Part shown: positions 10,381 through 20,285 of the stretch, piece after piece
Numbering within the stretch: the first letter of the stretch is position 1
How the letters are laid out: each line of letters begins with the position of its first letter
Assembly: GCA_964396025.1 (NCBI GenBank)
Contig: CAYNBT010000001.1
Location: 109,271-173,270 of the forward strand
From: an uncultured Candidatus Saccharibacteria bacterium
Lineage (GTDB): Bacteria; Patescibacteriota; WWE3; UBA101185; UBA10185
DNA length: 64,000 bases
Direction of reading: 5' to 3'
Notes under the pieces: model-generated
The model's database searches: none
The model's input: only the letters and a program-made list of their open reading frames with translations
What the model was told of the DNA's origin: nothing
Made by a program: the position numbers and the translations under genes

Positions 10381-11213
10381 TTAGTGGAACTCCCAAAATA
10401 TAATACTTTTCTTAAGAACTTGAACAGGGTAATTGTAACCCATGGGTCAACTAGTTGCATTAAGTATGTGGCAAAATAGGCAAATTTGTCTAATATGCTC
10501 ATCTTATATCCATGAGAGTTGGAATATTTTTTTCTGATCTGTAAGGTTAGACTTAGCATTCGCGACATTTTCTCTAAAGTATTGGATTTTTCGTGTTCTC
10601 TGTATCTGATTACAATCTCCTGCAGATTAGCAAACTTGAAATACTGTCCTATTCTAAAAGACATATCAAGATCTTCTGCAGGGGGGAACGACTCGTCGAA
10701 CAACCCAACCTTATCAAAACACTCTTTTCTTACAATTGCTGCAGGTTGAGCTACAGGAGAGAACCTAAAGATATTCTTTCTCAGAACGGCATCATCTGCA
10801 GCATAGGTTCTTATATCAAGATCGCCATTCAAGTTAAATGATTGCAAATAACCGCCACAAATACCTACATCAGGATGCTCTTCCATAAATGCAACTTGGT
10901 GTGAAATCCTCTCAGGATAGGAAATGTCATCTGCATCCTGCCAAACAATGTACTTGCCTTTACATAAAGAGATTCCTCTGTTTCTAGTTCTTGCGATATA
11001 TTGATTTTCTTCGTTTGTGTACAAAGTAATGCGAGAATCACTTAGAGCAAGCTTTTGCGCTACGTCGTGAGTACTATCGGTGGAGCCATCATCGATGATT
11101 AGTATTTCTAGATTGTTGTAAGTTTGCTGCTTAATGCTGTTTACAGCCTCGGTTAAATACTCTTGAGCATTAAACGCTGGAATAATGACGGATACTAACG
11201 GACGTTCTTTCAT
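10377..11213 (-). CDS. Glycosyltransferase family 2
   Basis: [14 protein letters not shown]…[12 protein letters not shown]…QDADD. Confidence 0.8.
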   Translation of the reverse strand: MKERPLVSVIIPAFNAQEYLTEAVNSIKQQTYNNLEILIIDDGSTDSTHDVAQKLALSDSRITLYTNEENQYIARTRNRGISLCKGKYIVWQDADDISYPERISHQVAFMEEHPDVGICGGYLQSFNLNGDLDIRTYAADDAVLRKNIFRFSPVAQPAAIVRKECFDKVGLFDESFPPAEDLDMSFRIGQYFKFANLQEIVIRYREHEKSNTLEKMSRMLSLTLQIRKKYSNSHGYKMSILDKFAYFATYLMQLVDPWVTITLFKFLRKVLYFGSSTK

Positions 11214-12022
11214 TTCAGGCTTTCACCTGTATTTACTCTCATCTGAAGCTCTTTATCAAATGTCCACTTGCGCTTGTTTGAATCGTCATAATACTTTAAA
11301 AAATGCATTCTATAGAACACCGCTATAGTGTCATAAAGCATATCCCTTATTTGCTTGTCCAGAAACAGCGGTCTGTTTTTTTTGAATTTAGAATCTGACG
11401 TAAAATCCAACTCTATCTGAATTGGTGCTTCATATATCCGAGTGTAACCAAGTCTTTGTGCCACTGCCAAAAGCTCAATGTCAAAAGCAAAGGCTTTGAC
11501 CACAAGCCTTGGTAACACGCGTTCTAAAACTTCTCTCCTGTATGCTTTGAGGCCAGCTTGAGTGTCTTTTATCTTTAAACGAAAAAGTAAAAAAACCAGC
11601 AATTGATACCCAAAACTATAGAGACGCCTCATCATAGAATATTTTACCTTTGACGCTGGGTGTCTTTTACTACCAACCATGATATCTGCTTTATACCAAA
11701 TCATATGCTCAAGAAGCATAGATATGCCGTTAGCATCAATCTCCATACCAGAATCTATGAAAAGTATAGGATCACCTTTTGCCCTAGCCATGCCATACCT
11801 AACCGCGTAACCTTTACCTCTGTTTCTTTTGTAACCAACTACAGTAACTTCTTTATCTTTTATTTCTGAAGCCTTCTCAAAGGTTTTATCTAAGAAACCA
11901 TCTACAACTACAATGATTTCAAAGTACCAACGTGTACTCCTCATAATTTCAAGAATATTTTTTACATCAATCTTGATCGTAGATTCTTTTTTATATGCCG
12001 GTATTATTACTGTAACGAACAT
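11210..12022 (-). CDS. GT2 polyprenol-phosphate sugar synthase-like (DPM1/GtrB-like)
   Basis: VTVIIPAYKKESTI…IIVVVDGFLDKT…ILFIDSGM…DTQAGLKAY (the D-x-Q-x-G-[FL]-K motif of DPM1/GtrB-type enzymes). Confidence 0.65.
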   Translation of the reverse strand: MFVTVIIPAYKKESTIKIDVKNILEIMRSTRWYFEIIVVVDGFLDKTFEKASEIKDKEVTVVGYKRNRGKGYAVRYGMARAKGDPILFIDSGMEIDANGISMLLEHMIWYKADIMVGSKRHPASKVKYSMMRRLYSFGYQLLVFLLFRLKIKDTQAGLKAYRREVLERVLPRLVVKAFAFDIELLAVAQRLGYTRIYEAPIQIELDFTSDSKFKKNRPLFLDKQIRDMLYDTIAVFYRMHFLKYYDDSNKRKWTFDKELQMRVNTGESLK

Positions 12023-13313
12023 GCACCTTATAGTATAGCAGAAGACCTGCGAGCATCAATGTTGAACTAAGAATGTTAACATTTATTACTTGAGTCAAGT
12101 TTCTATGAAATCCGTGAATCAATATCCACTGAAGCAAAATCATAGGCAACATAATCAAAAAAACTTTGGTTTTGTTTATTGCAAGAAAATACAGAATAAA
12201 AAAATTTATTAAAACGTATAAAGAAACAAATATAGCAAAATTGGGTAGAAATGTGCTGGCAGCTATAAATTTATCACCAAACATCACAGATACAATTAAG
12301 TCAGGAAAAAAATAAAAGAGAGTTGTTCCACAGATTAGAAGAAACACTTGTAAAAGCAGAAATTGTTTAAAACGAGCGGTATAGTCTACACCTTTAGCGT
12401 GCAAGGACGCAATTTGAGGGAACATCACAACACCTACTGCACCAGCACCAAAAAGCAAAACTTTACCAATGGTAACTACGCCAGAATACAGACCTGCATC
12501 AACCGGGGTAAAAAAGTGTTTAACTAAAATGATGTCTATATTGTTAAGTAACATCAAACAGGCATTTACAACAAATACCGGGGCACTAAAAACAAACACT
12601 TTCTTTACATAACCACCTAATTCTATTTTTAGGGAATCGTATTGAAAATTCTTTCTTAACAAGAAATAACCAAAGCTGTAGTTTATTAATGTAGAAGCTA
12701 TTATCCCAAAAAACACGCCGGACACACCAAAACCTAAATAAGCAAAATAAATAGGAATTATCAATCTGAGGGAGTTTCCCGTAACGAGAAATATAGCGAA
12801 ACCTTTGTAACGTTGCAATCCTTGAAGATAAGCTTGAGGTACAGTTCCCAACAAAGAAAGTGCAACATACAAACTAAACGCAAATAGGGCTTGCCCAGTA
12901 TCAATTCTCAAGTAGTTAGCTAAACTAGACATCCCTACGATCAGTAACGTAAATAATAAAACACCAATACCAAGAAAAATTTTCGAGAAAGAACTAAAGA
13001 GTGCTCTTAAAAGGTGTCGCTCAGCCTCGTTATTCATATCAGAAACGAGCTTGATTAATGAAGTTAAGAAAACGTTATTTGAAAAACCAACAATGTAGAA
13101 AACAGAAAGTAATGATGTAAATACACCGAATTCTTCAACAGTTAAATATCTTCCTAGAAATATTTGCAACAAATAACTTAGGAAGCTAGCTATAAACAAA
13201 CCAACAGATACCACGATAGTTCCCGAAAGAACATTTGTTACAAAGGATTTAAGGTTACCTAGAGACTGCGTAAACATTGTATGAAGGCACTCCTCTAATC
13301 TTGATACTATCAA
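11991..13313 (-). CDS. Polytopic membrane protein, Wzx-like / MOP-superfamily polysaccharide biosynthesis (flippase) candidate
   Basis: About 12 predicted TM helices over 440 aa with no soluble domains; location inside the glycosylation locus. Confidence 0.4.
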   Translation of the reverse strand: MIVSRLEECLHTMFTQSLGNLKSFVTNVLSGTIVVSVGLFIASFLSYLLQIFLGRYLTVEEFGVFTSLLSVFYIVGFSNNVFLTSLIKLVSDMNNEAERHLLRALFSSFSKIFLGIGVLLFTLLIVGMSSLANYLRIDTGQALFAFSLYVALSLLGTVPQAYLQGLQRYKGFAIFLVTGNSLRLIIPIYFAYLGFGVSGVFFGIIASTLINYSFGYFLLRKNFQYDSLKIELGGYVKKVFVFSAPVFVVNACLMLLNNIDIILVKHFFTPVDAGLYSGVVTIGKVLLFGAGAVGVVMFPQIASLHAKGVDYTARFKQFLLLQVFLLICGTTLFYFFPDLIVSVMFGDKFIAASTFLPNFAIFVSLYVLINFFILYFLAINKTKVFLIMLPMILLQWILIHGFHRNLTQVINVNILSSTLMLAGLLLYYKVHVRYSNNTGI

Positions 13314-14886
13314 AATATTTTAACTTAAAACGAGTCTCTAAAGACGAGTAATCATCCCACACAGGATACACAAAGTAATTGGCAAGCTTAGCTTCTGGTG
13401 TAAGGTCTTCTATAACCGCCCAAGCACCAATTTCTCGAATAAATGGCCATAATTGTGTGTAGTATTTCTCAGGGAAGGCAATCACTAGATTAAGATGTTC
13501 CTCAGTGATTGTTGAAATTTCCTCTTCATTAGTAAAAGGAGTATATCTACCCGATTTAATCATTTGAACAAAGTAATCACTAATCTCTTGCTGACCAAAT
13601 AGCCATTTCGACTCCAAAATACGCTGCCCTACTTTTAATCCACCAAAAACAGGATTAAAGTACGAAAAATAGTCAGTGTTGATAAAATACCCCAAGTAGA
13701 AAACCCAAATCAAGACTGAACCAGCAAGGAACTTTGTGATTAAATGTTTTCGTAAATGCAGGAGCATCTGTTCAAACACTGCTGCACAGGAAAAAAGAAT
13801 AAACACAATTGTAGGCAACATATACCTATCAAGTTTTTTGGAACTGAGGGAAATCTCAATCAGATTTATCAGGGCAAAGGCTAACGCAAAGAGCACCAAA
13901 TTCTTCTTGGCACCAGTTAAGGGATGTTTTCTCAAAACAAAATATCCTAATACGATACCAAGAAGTAAGATTGGAGATGATTTCAAAATAAAAACAACCG
14001 GATAAAACGCTAGCCCGGGATCCTCAAGCATTCTGCCAAAAAATATTTGCTCATGCCCTCTTTCCACACCAATCGTAAATATGCCTCTATAAATAGCGTT
14101 AAGAGCATCTAAGGGAATTACCCACATTGCAGGCCAAAATATTATGTACATACACACTACTGCACATAACCACCAACTAAAGGTTCTAAAGGAATCTAGA
14201 ATGCTCTTCTTTATGTCTTTTGTTGAACTATATTTATCAAAAAAGAGCACTAACCCCACCAAAGGAAGCAAAGACAATGCAGAAGATTTTGTAAGTATAG
14301 CTAATGAAGAAAATAGAGCTGAAACAAATAAAAATCTTTTCTCCTTGTCTCTATTGAGACCATACACGAGCCAAGTAAATCCTGCCAACATAAATGTAGT
14401 CATTAACCCCTCCAAATGATAAACACGAGTTAGTGCAAGGTAGAAAGGCTCTAGAGAGAGCAGCAGAACAAAAATGGCAGCATATAATAATCCAAAAAGT
14501 CTTCGTAAGGGGTAGTAGATAAACATTATTGAAATTCCCATCACAAACACAACAAGCAATTTTTGTACAAAATCCATTTGAAAAATTGCAGCAATGTCAT
14601 TGTCAGGGGGAGTTTTGCCAAGTACCAATTCGTAGTAGCCATTAAAGAGCTTGATAGCAAAAGTGCCTGTCCACATCAAAGGCACACCTGGATGATACTT
14701 CTGTAATGTTTTTTCAGGCTGCAGATAAAAAACACCGCTACTAAAATCGTAAGTACGTGATTTCCATTTCCATACATCTGTGTTGAAATTATCGTGCCCA
14801 AGATTAGGTAATCTTGAGAACACAAAGAACACCAACACGACTAAAAGTTCTGCAAGGATTTTACGGTTTTGAGTTAAGAATTTCAT
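13255..14886 (-). CDS. GT-C-fold membrane glycosyltransferase (PMT/ArnT-like), paralog A
   Basis: N-terminal multi-TM region plus C-terminal soluble domain. Shares motifs with 16359..17912: …KYHPGVPLMW…, …GHEQIFFGRMLEDPGLAFYPVVFILKSSP…, …SSKKLDRYMLP…. Confidence 0.5.
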   Translation of the reverse strand: MKFLTQNRKILAELLVVLVFFVFSRLPNLGHDNFNTDVWKWKSRTYDFSSGVFYLQPEKTLQKYHPGVPLMWTGTFAIKLFNGYYELVLGKTPPDNDIAAIFQMDFVQKLLVVFVMGISIMFIYYPLRRLFGLLYAAIFVLLLSLEPFYLALTRVYHLEGLMTTFMLAGFTWLVYGLNRDKEKRFLFVSALFSSLAILTKSSALSLLPLVGLVLFFDKYSSTKDIKKSILDSFRTFSWWLCAVVCMYIIFWPAMWVIPLDALNAIYRGIFTIGVERGHEQIFFGRMLEDPGLAFYPVVFILKSSPILLLGIVLGYFVLRKHPLTGAKKNLVLFALAFALINLIEISLSSKKLDRYMLPTIVFILFSCAAVFEQMLLHLRKHLITKFLAGSVLIWVFYLGYFINTDYFSYFNPVFGGLKVGQRILESKWLFGQQEISDYFVQMIKSGRYTPFTNEEEISTITEEHLNLVIAFPEKYYTQLWPFIREIGAWAVIEDLTPEAKLANYFVYPVWDDYSSLETRFKLKYFDSIKIRGVPSYNVYAVSR

Positions 14887-16378
14887 ATACCTTTATGTTA
14901 GGTCCTTTACGCCTACTGTTATCGAAAGATACTCTTTCTGTTACTTTCTTTTCCACCAACCCTAAATACTCCTGTTCTTCGCGCTGTGAATAACTAATGA
15001 TCGCATATTTAGCGTCTTTCAAATAGGGTAAAAGTTTTGAATATCTTGTTGAGTTATCGTCATAACGAAGTTTTGTAAATATCGGGTTCAAATCTCTGCT
15101 CTCATACAATATAAGGTCATTCGAAGAAGTGTTCTCTAAAAGCCAGTTATAGAGTTGAAGGCGTGTATCTGTACGAGCAAAGATCGCCGAACGCTCAAAC
15201 GAAGAAAAAAGCGGTAACGCTAGTAACAAGACAAACAACAAAAATTGAGCTCTAACGTCACTAAGTCTTCTGGTCAAATGGTGATATGAATAGGTCGCAA
15301 ATATAATCATATAAGGGTATGCAACCATATAATAATGGGACCTGTTTTTAGAAAAACCCGAGATGTAAAACACCAGGAACATAACAACCCCAAGGGCAAA
15401 GGCTGCAAACCATCGGTCTTTGAGCTGAACCAACCTTAACAAACCTGCAAGTAAGAAAAGTGCTGAAAGCAAGGAAAGTAGCATAACCACTATACCTAAG
15501 TCTTCTACAAACATTTGTGAAAACGTAGTTGCGAAGTTTCGCAATCTCGTAACAAAATCCACGCTTCCAACATTTGTGAATTGCCATAAGGCACCCTTTG
15601 GAGAATCAGTTCTAACAAAAGTATCGTAGTCAAAAAGTGCGAACGGTGTACCCAACAAAAATCCTGCAATACTAGCAAGACCTGAATAAACCAGGTTTTT
15701 AGCATTGAACAAGTACTGCTTAAGATCAAGTCTTTCTCTAAGCAGATAAGCAAAGAGAATTGGTATACAAACTAATCCACCATTGTACTTAGTGCTAGCT
15801 GCAAAACCAACAAACAGTCCAGCTAACAAATAATCAGATCTTTTGTTATGCACAAAGATACGAAACACGTAATACATAGAACATGCTACCCAGAAGGTCA
15901 TAGGCACATCTATAAGTACGTAGTGCGACTGCCATACATGGAATGGTATGAGTGCAAAAAGCGCCGCTGCAAATAGAGCTGATCGTCTTGAAAAGAATAA
16001 TTTTACTGTCATGTACACAGGCACTATTGTTGCAGAACCTATAAATACAGTAAGTACTCGCGAGATTAGATAAAAGATCAAATTGTCATCCCATACAATG
16101 GGCACAATGCTTGCAACTGCGTCCTTCAAACTAAACAATTCTAAAATCCCCCTAAACTTGATAAACAGAAGATAGAACATGTAGTTGAGATAGATAAAAT
16201 GGTGAGGCCAATCAAAATGAGCAGGATTTAAATCAAAACGTAATGCCAAAGCAGATCTAACAACAGTAGGTTCATCAGGATGGAATATAAAAGGAAAACC
16301 GTGAAATATCCCGTAAAGCCTGATAATTAAAGCACCTATAAAAATAAATATTAATGTTTTATCTAGTTTCCTTAGCAT
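14861..16378 (-). CDS. GT-C-fold membrane glycosyltransferase, GT39/GT83 (PMT/ArnT)-like
   Basis: IFHGFPFIFHPDEPTVV (an acidic DE motif in the first extracytoplasmic loop, typical of GT39/83), 11-13 TM helices, C-terminal soluble domain. Confidence 0.6.
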   Translation of the reverse strand: MLRKLDKTLIFIFIGALIIRLYGIFHGFPFIFHPDEPTVVRSALALRFDLNPAHFDWPHHFIYLNYMFYLLFIKFRGILELFSLKDAVASIVPIVWDDNLIFYLISRVLTVFIGSATIVPVYMTVKLFFSRRSALFAAALFALIPFHVWQSHYVLIDVPMTFWVACSMYYVFRIFVHNKRSDYLLAGLFVGFAASTKYNGGLVCIPILFAYLLRERLDLKQYLFNAKNLVYSGLASIAGFLLGTPFALFDYDTFVRTDSPKGALWQFTNVGSVDFVTRLRNFATTFSQMFVEDLGIVVMLLSLLSALFLLAGLLRLVQLKDRWFAAFALGVVMFLVFYISGFSKNRSHYYMVAYPYMIIFATYSYHHLTRRLSDVRAQFLLFVLLLALPLFSSFERSAIFARTDTRLQLYNWLLENTSSNDLILYESRDLNPIFTKLRYDDNSTRYSKLLPYLKDAKYAIISYSQREEQEYLGLVEKKVTERVSFDNSRRKGPNIKVYEILNSKP

Positions 16379-17912
16379 AGATTCTCCAGTACTCCAACCC
16401 GTTTATATATACACTTGAACTTTCTCTAAACTTGTCTTCGCTTTCTAACACTTTATCTGGAAACACTTCATTGATAGCCAGCACAATCAGATCATAGCGC
16501 TTTGTACCATCGACTCGTATATCAAACACTTTTGAATTGGGATAGATTGATTCAATAGGTTTAGTATCTATAAAGCCAAGATTTGGTTTACCATATTTCG
16601 AAACCAAGTGATCTCGCAGTTCAACAACACCTATACCGAACGGTTTTTGTCCAATAACTCTGTTTGCATTAACAGAATTACCAAGTAGTGGCGTGGTGTA
16701 TGTAAAGTAATATGGATACAAGCTAATCAAAGGCGCAACCAAGAAGATTATCGCGGAGAGATAAACCAAGATTTTTGATCGCAATCCAAAATGCATAACT
16801 CTTTGATAACCTAACATAGCCAGTAATGTTAGGTACGGAAACACTGGCAGCATGTAACGATCAAGTTTCTTTGAAGATATTGTCATGACAACTACGTATC
16901 CAATGTAGAAAACTGCTAGAAAAACCAACTGAGAGTCAATTGATTCAAGAACGTTGAATCTTCTCGCGCTTTTCAATTTGCCAGCAACATAGGCCAGCAG
17001 GCCAAATAATACAAAAGGCGATGCCTTGACAAAAATCACAATTGGGTAGAAAAACACCCCTGGGTCTTCTGTGTAATTACCAAAGAAAATTTGATTATGT
17101 CCATTTCTCAAACCTACCCTACTACCCTCGCTAAAGATTTCGGTCAAATAAAACCATGGACGTACCCACAATGCGGGAAAAAATGCAAACAAAGTTACAC
17201 AAAAAAAGATACATATCACCAAAATACTCTTGAATAAAAATTTTCTGTCAGAAGATGCGGGTATGCTCATATAGATTATGTAGAAAAGGCCATACACGAG
17301 TGCCCCAATGCCAATGCTTTTTGTAAGAAATGTAAGTGCAAGCAATACCCCTGCACACAACACATACCATATCTTAGCGTTCACAATTCCTCGATGCAGG
17401 GTGATTAGAGCTAGAAATAAAAAGAGTGTAAATAATACATCCATATGAAAAAGTCTAGAATTACCGAGAAAGAAAGGTTCCAAACTTAACACGGAGGCAA
17501 ATAAAAGCGCAAACTTGAGCCCCCAAGACAAACTTAGCACATACAAAATTGCTAAAGTAAGTGCCAACTGTGCAAAAACCAGACCAACTTTGGCCACATA
17601 ATCAAAAATAAGAAAGTTGCCTATATTATAAAATTGGTCTGCGGGAGATATTTGTTTAACAAACTCTACTGTTGGCCCAGCAATCCACATCAAAGTAATT
17701 CCCGGATGGTAATGTTGATAAGTTTTCTCAAAATCACCTGACTTGATTCCGACTATAAATTGTTCAGACCTCTTGTGCCAATTTACACCGTCAGGATTTA
17801 TGGTGTCTCCATATAAACCAGTTACACGTGTAGCAAGATAGCCTAAGCTAAACAAAACAAGTAGGAATATCCTTTTCTTAGAAAAATTTTTAATCAGATT
17901 TGGTACCAGCAT
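16359..17912 (-). CDS. GT-C-fold membrane glycosyltransferase, paralog B of 13255..14886
   Basis: …HYHPGITLMW…, …GHNQIFFGNYTEDPGVFFYPIVIFVKASP…, …SSKKLDRYMLP… motifs shared with paralog A. Confidence 0.5.
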   Translation of the reverse strand: MLVPNLIKNFSKKRIFLLVLFSLGYLATRVTGLYGDTINPDGVNWHKRSEQFIVGIKSGDFEKTYQHYHPGITLMWIAGPTVEFVKQISPADQFYNIGNFLIFDYVAKVGLVFAQLALTLAILYVLSLSWGLKFALLFASVLSLEPFFLGNSRLFHMDVLFTLFLFLALITLHRGIVNAKIWYVLCAGVLLALTFLTKSIGIGALVYGLFYIIYMSIPASSDRKFLFKSILVICIFFCVTLFAFFPALWVRPWFYLTEIFSEGSRVGLRNGHNQIFFGNYTEDPGVFFYPIVIFVKASPFVLFGLLAYVAGKLKSARRFNVLESIDSQLVFLAVFYIGYVVVMTISSKKLDRYMLPVFPYLTLLAMLGYQRVMHFGLRSKILVYLSAIIFLVAPLISLYPYYFTYTTPLLGNSVNANRVIGQKPFGIGVVELRDHLVSKYGKPNLGFIDTKPIESIYPNSKVFDIRVDGTKRYDLIVLAINEVFPDKVLESEDKFRESSSVYINGLEYWRIYAKETR

Positions 17913-18825
17913 AAAGCACTCCCCCGATCAAACTTACAACTAAACGCATTAAGTGATAGATAAGCGATCCGGTAAGAGCAACAGAAGATGTTACGCCTAC
18001 AACTGACAGGAGCTGAATGTATAAAGCGTCCTGCACACCTAATCCATTTAAGGATGGTATAAAAAAGCTAGCTAAGGTTATAACAGGGAAAACAAAAAGG
18101 GCATGAAATAATGGCAGCGTATACCCCAATGCTAAAAATATAAAATATTGCGTTGAAACAGAGAGAAGCTGCACAATAAACGAAGTTAGAAGTGCCATGA
18201 GTACTACATTGTAGTTGTTTTTGTACTCCAAAAATGAGTCGTAAAGGGCACCGATTCTGGAAACTTTATTTCTTAACAGATACATTGCATAAAACCCACT
18301 AAAAGCCGCAATCCAAAATCCAAAGATCAAAAGAAAATAATATAAAACTACAAAGAACGGACTTTCCTTATACATTTGCGGTATGAAATCCCACCAAAAA
18401 GAATTTGTTTTGATAAAGCCAAGGTACGAAATCAACACCAAGGAAACCATACCAGTGAATCTTTCCATAAATGTTGCAGTAAACGCATGAGTTTTACTAC
18501 CAATCTTGCCACCAAGTGCCACAATCTTGTAAACATCTCCACCGATGCTTGTTGGCATAAAATTATTGAAAAACGATCCCACAAAATAAAGCTTTGTAAG
18601 ATAGCGCAAAGAAATTTGGGCAGATCCCTCAAATATCAATAAGTTCTTCCATCTCAAAGACGAAACTACATAATTCAAAATCAGAAAAATAAGGATAAAA
18701 GGTATATACGCCGGGTTCAGTTTAGAAACGCCCAGCAGAATTTGTTTTGAATCTATTGAACTGAATATGTAGTAAAACAGCCCACACGTAACAATTAAAC
18801 GTACAACAAGTTTTTTGTACTTCAT
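17890..18825 (-). CDS. Flippase-like membrane protein (LPG_synthase_TM / UPF0104 family)
   Basis: About 8 TM helices, 311 aa; N-terminal …SLRWKNLL… pattern typical of the lysyl-PG-synthase TM-like 'flippase-like domain' proteins that accompany GT2 genes. Confidence 0.5.
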   Translation of the reverse strand: MKYKKLVVRLIVTCGLFYYIFSSIDSKQILLGVSKLNPAYIPFILIFLILNYVVSSLRWKNLLIFEGSAQISLRYLTKLYFVGSFFNNFMPTSIGGDVYKIVALGGKIGSKTHAFTATFMERFTGMVSLVLISYLGFIKTNSFWWDFIPQMYKESPFFVVLYYFLLIFGFWIAAFSGFYAMYLLRNKVSRIGALYDSFLEYKNNYNVVLMALLTSFIVQLLSVSTQYFIFLALGYTLPLFHALFVFPVITLASFFIPSLNGLGVQDALYIQLLSVVGVTSSVALTGSLIYHLMRLVVSLIGGVLYAGTKSD

Positions 18826-20285
18826 ACTGTGCCCTTCATCAACCTGATTTTTTGAGTTATGTATCTAATGTGGGCACTGGTCACAAAATCTGCCGCATAC
18901 AAACTAAGAAAGTACAGCATGCAGTACACAACAAAAACGAAGAATTTGATTAAAATGTTCTCAATGCCTCCAGAAAAGGCAATGACGAGGGATTGAATTA
19001 AAATCAAAACATGAGAGAGTCTAAAGAACTTTAGTTCCAGTTTTCGCGCAGAAGTTACGACCATAAAGACAAATGCAGACAAAGATCCCACACACATACC
19101 AAGTGCCATTGAAAATACGGATGTGAATGTGAGATTTGCTAGATAGTAAGTTATCAAAGTGATAGCAACCAAACCTACGTAACTAAGAATCATCTCTTTA
19201 ATCATCTTTGCAGGCACAATAACGCTAGACTTGATAATGTTAATGAAGGAGTAAAAGACAAAAGCAAAAACCATAGGCAAAACCAAAGGCAGAGATTGAT
19301 TGTACTTAGTACTCCCAACGGCAATCGCAACAATCTCAGGTACCCAGTATACTGCGGATGAAGCAGCCAAAACTATAAAAGCAAACACCTTATCAAAGTT
19401 ACTTCTGAACAAGCGTTTGAATTCGCTTACATCTTTAGTGTACTGTTTAGATAATGCAGGCAAGTTCACATCGGTGACCGCATCAGAGATAGCCATGAGT
19501 TTTGTTGCATAAAATAATGCAAAACTAAAAATTCCCACAGTTGTAACATCGACGCTGCCCAGAACTAACTGACCTACACGTTGCCAAAGTGTAAATATCA
19601 CCTTAACTAGGTAAATACCCAAACTGATAGACAAAAGTTCTTTTACTAAAACCTTCAATTCATTTCTGGAAGGAAACTGCATGTGCCCACGCAGTGGAAA
19701 CAGGGCAATCCCTGCGAGCAAGACGGAGGCTAAAGAATTGAATACTAAAAGTGCCAAAAAGTATCCGTCAACGCGATAAAAATAAACAAGTGGTATATAC
19801 AAACCAACGCTCACAACAGAAATTGCAGCCTGATAGACAAACAAATGTTTAAATCTCTGCATACCAGAGATTACGGAGTTTAGAATACTCTGTATTCCCT
19901 GAAAAAGGAGAACCACAGCATATAACCTAAGCGGAAGTATAAGTTCGGGCTGGGAATACTTGCTTAAGGCAATATAGGGGGCTAACAACAACAGCCCCAC
20001 AGCGAGAGGGATAGTAACGCAGTATCTAATTAAAACTGATGTACAAAAAATCTTAAAGATTTCTTGTTCATCTTTAGCGGCCGAAATTTCACGAGTACTG
20101 CCTGAGGCAAGCCCCAAATGCTGCGATACTCCTACAATACTTCCAACCGCAGCCACAATACCTACCAAACCATATTCACTAACTGATAAGATACGTACTA
20201 CAAAAATACCCTGAATAATTCCAAACCCCATGGCAATACCACGGGAAAGGAAACTTACGAGTTGCCATCTAATTAAGTCTTTCAT
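18822..20285 (-). CDS. Wzx-like oligosaccharide flippase (MOP superfamily, Polysacc_synt-like)
   Basis: 487 aa, about 14 TM helices, N-terminal …FGIIQGIFVVRILSVSEYGLVGIVAAV… resembles the Polysacc_synt N-terminus. Confidence 0.5.
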   Translation of the reverse strand: MKDLIRWQLVSFLSRGIAMGFGIIQGIFVVRILSVSEYGLVGIVAAVGSIVGVSQHLGLASGSTREISAAKDEQEIFKIFCTSVLIRYCVTIPLAVGLLLLAPYIALSKYSQPELILPLRLYAVVLLFQGIQSILNSVISGMQRFKHLFVYQAAISVVSVGLYIPLVYFYRVDGYFLALLVFNSLASVLLAGIALFPLRGHMQFPSRNELKVLVKELLSISLGIYLVKVIFTLWQRVGQLVLGSVDVTTVGIFSFALFYATKLMAISDAVTDVNLPALSKQYTKDVSEFKRLFRSNFDKVFAFIVLAASSAVYWVPEIVAIAVGSTKYNQSLPLVLPMVFAFVFYSFINIIKSSVIVPAKMIKEMILSYVGLVAITLITYYLANLTFTSVFSMALGMCVGSLSAFVFMVVTSARKLELKFFRLSHVLILIQSLVIAFSGGIENILIKFFVFVVYCMLYFLSLYAADFVTSAHIRYITQKIRLMKGTV

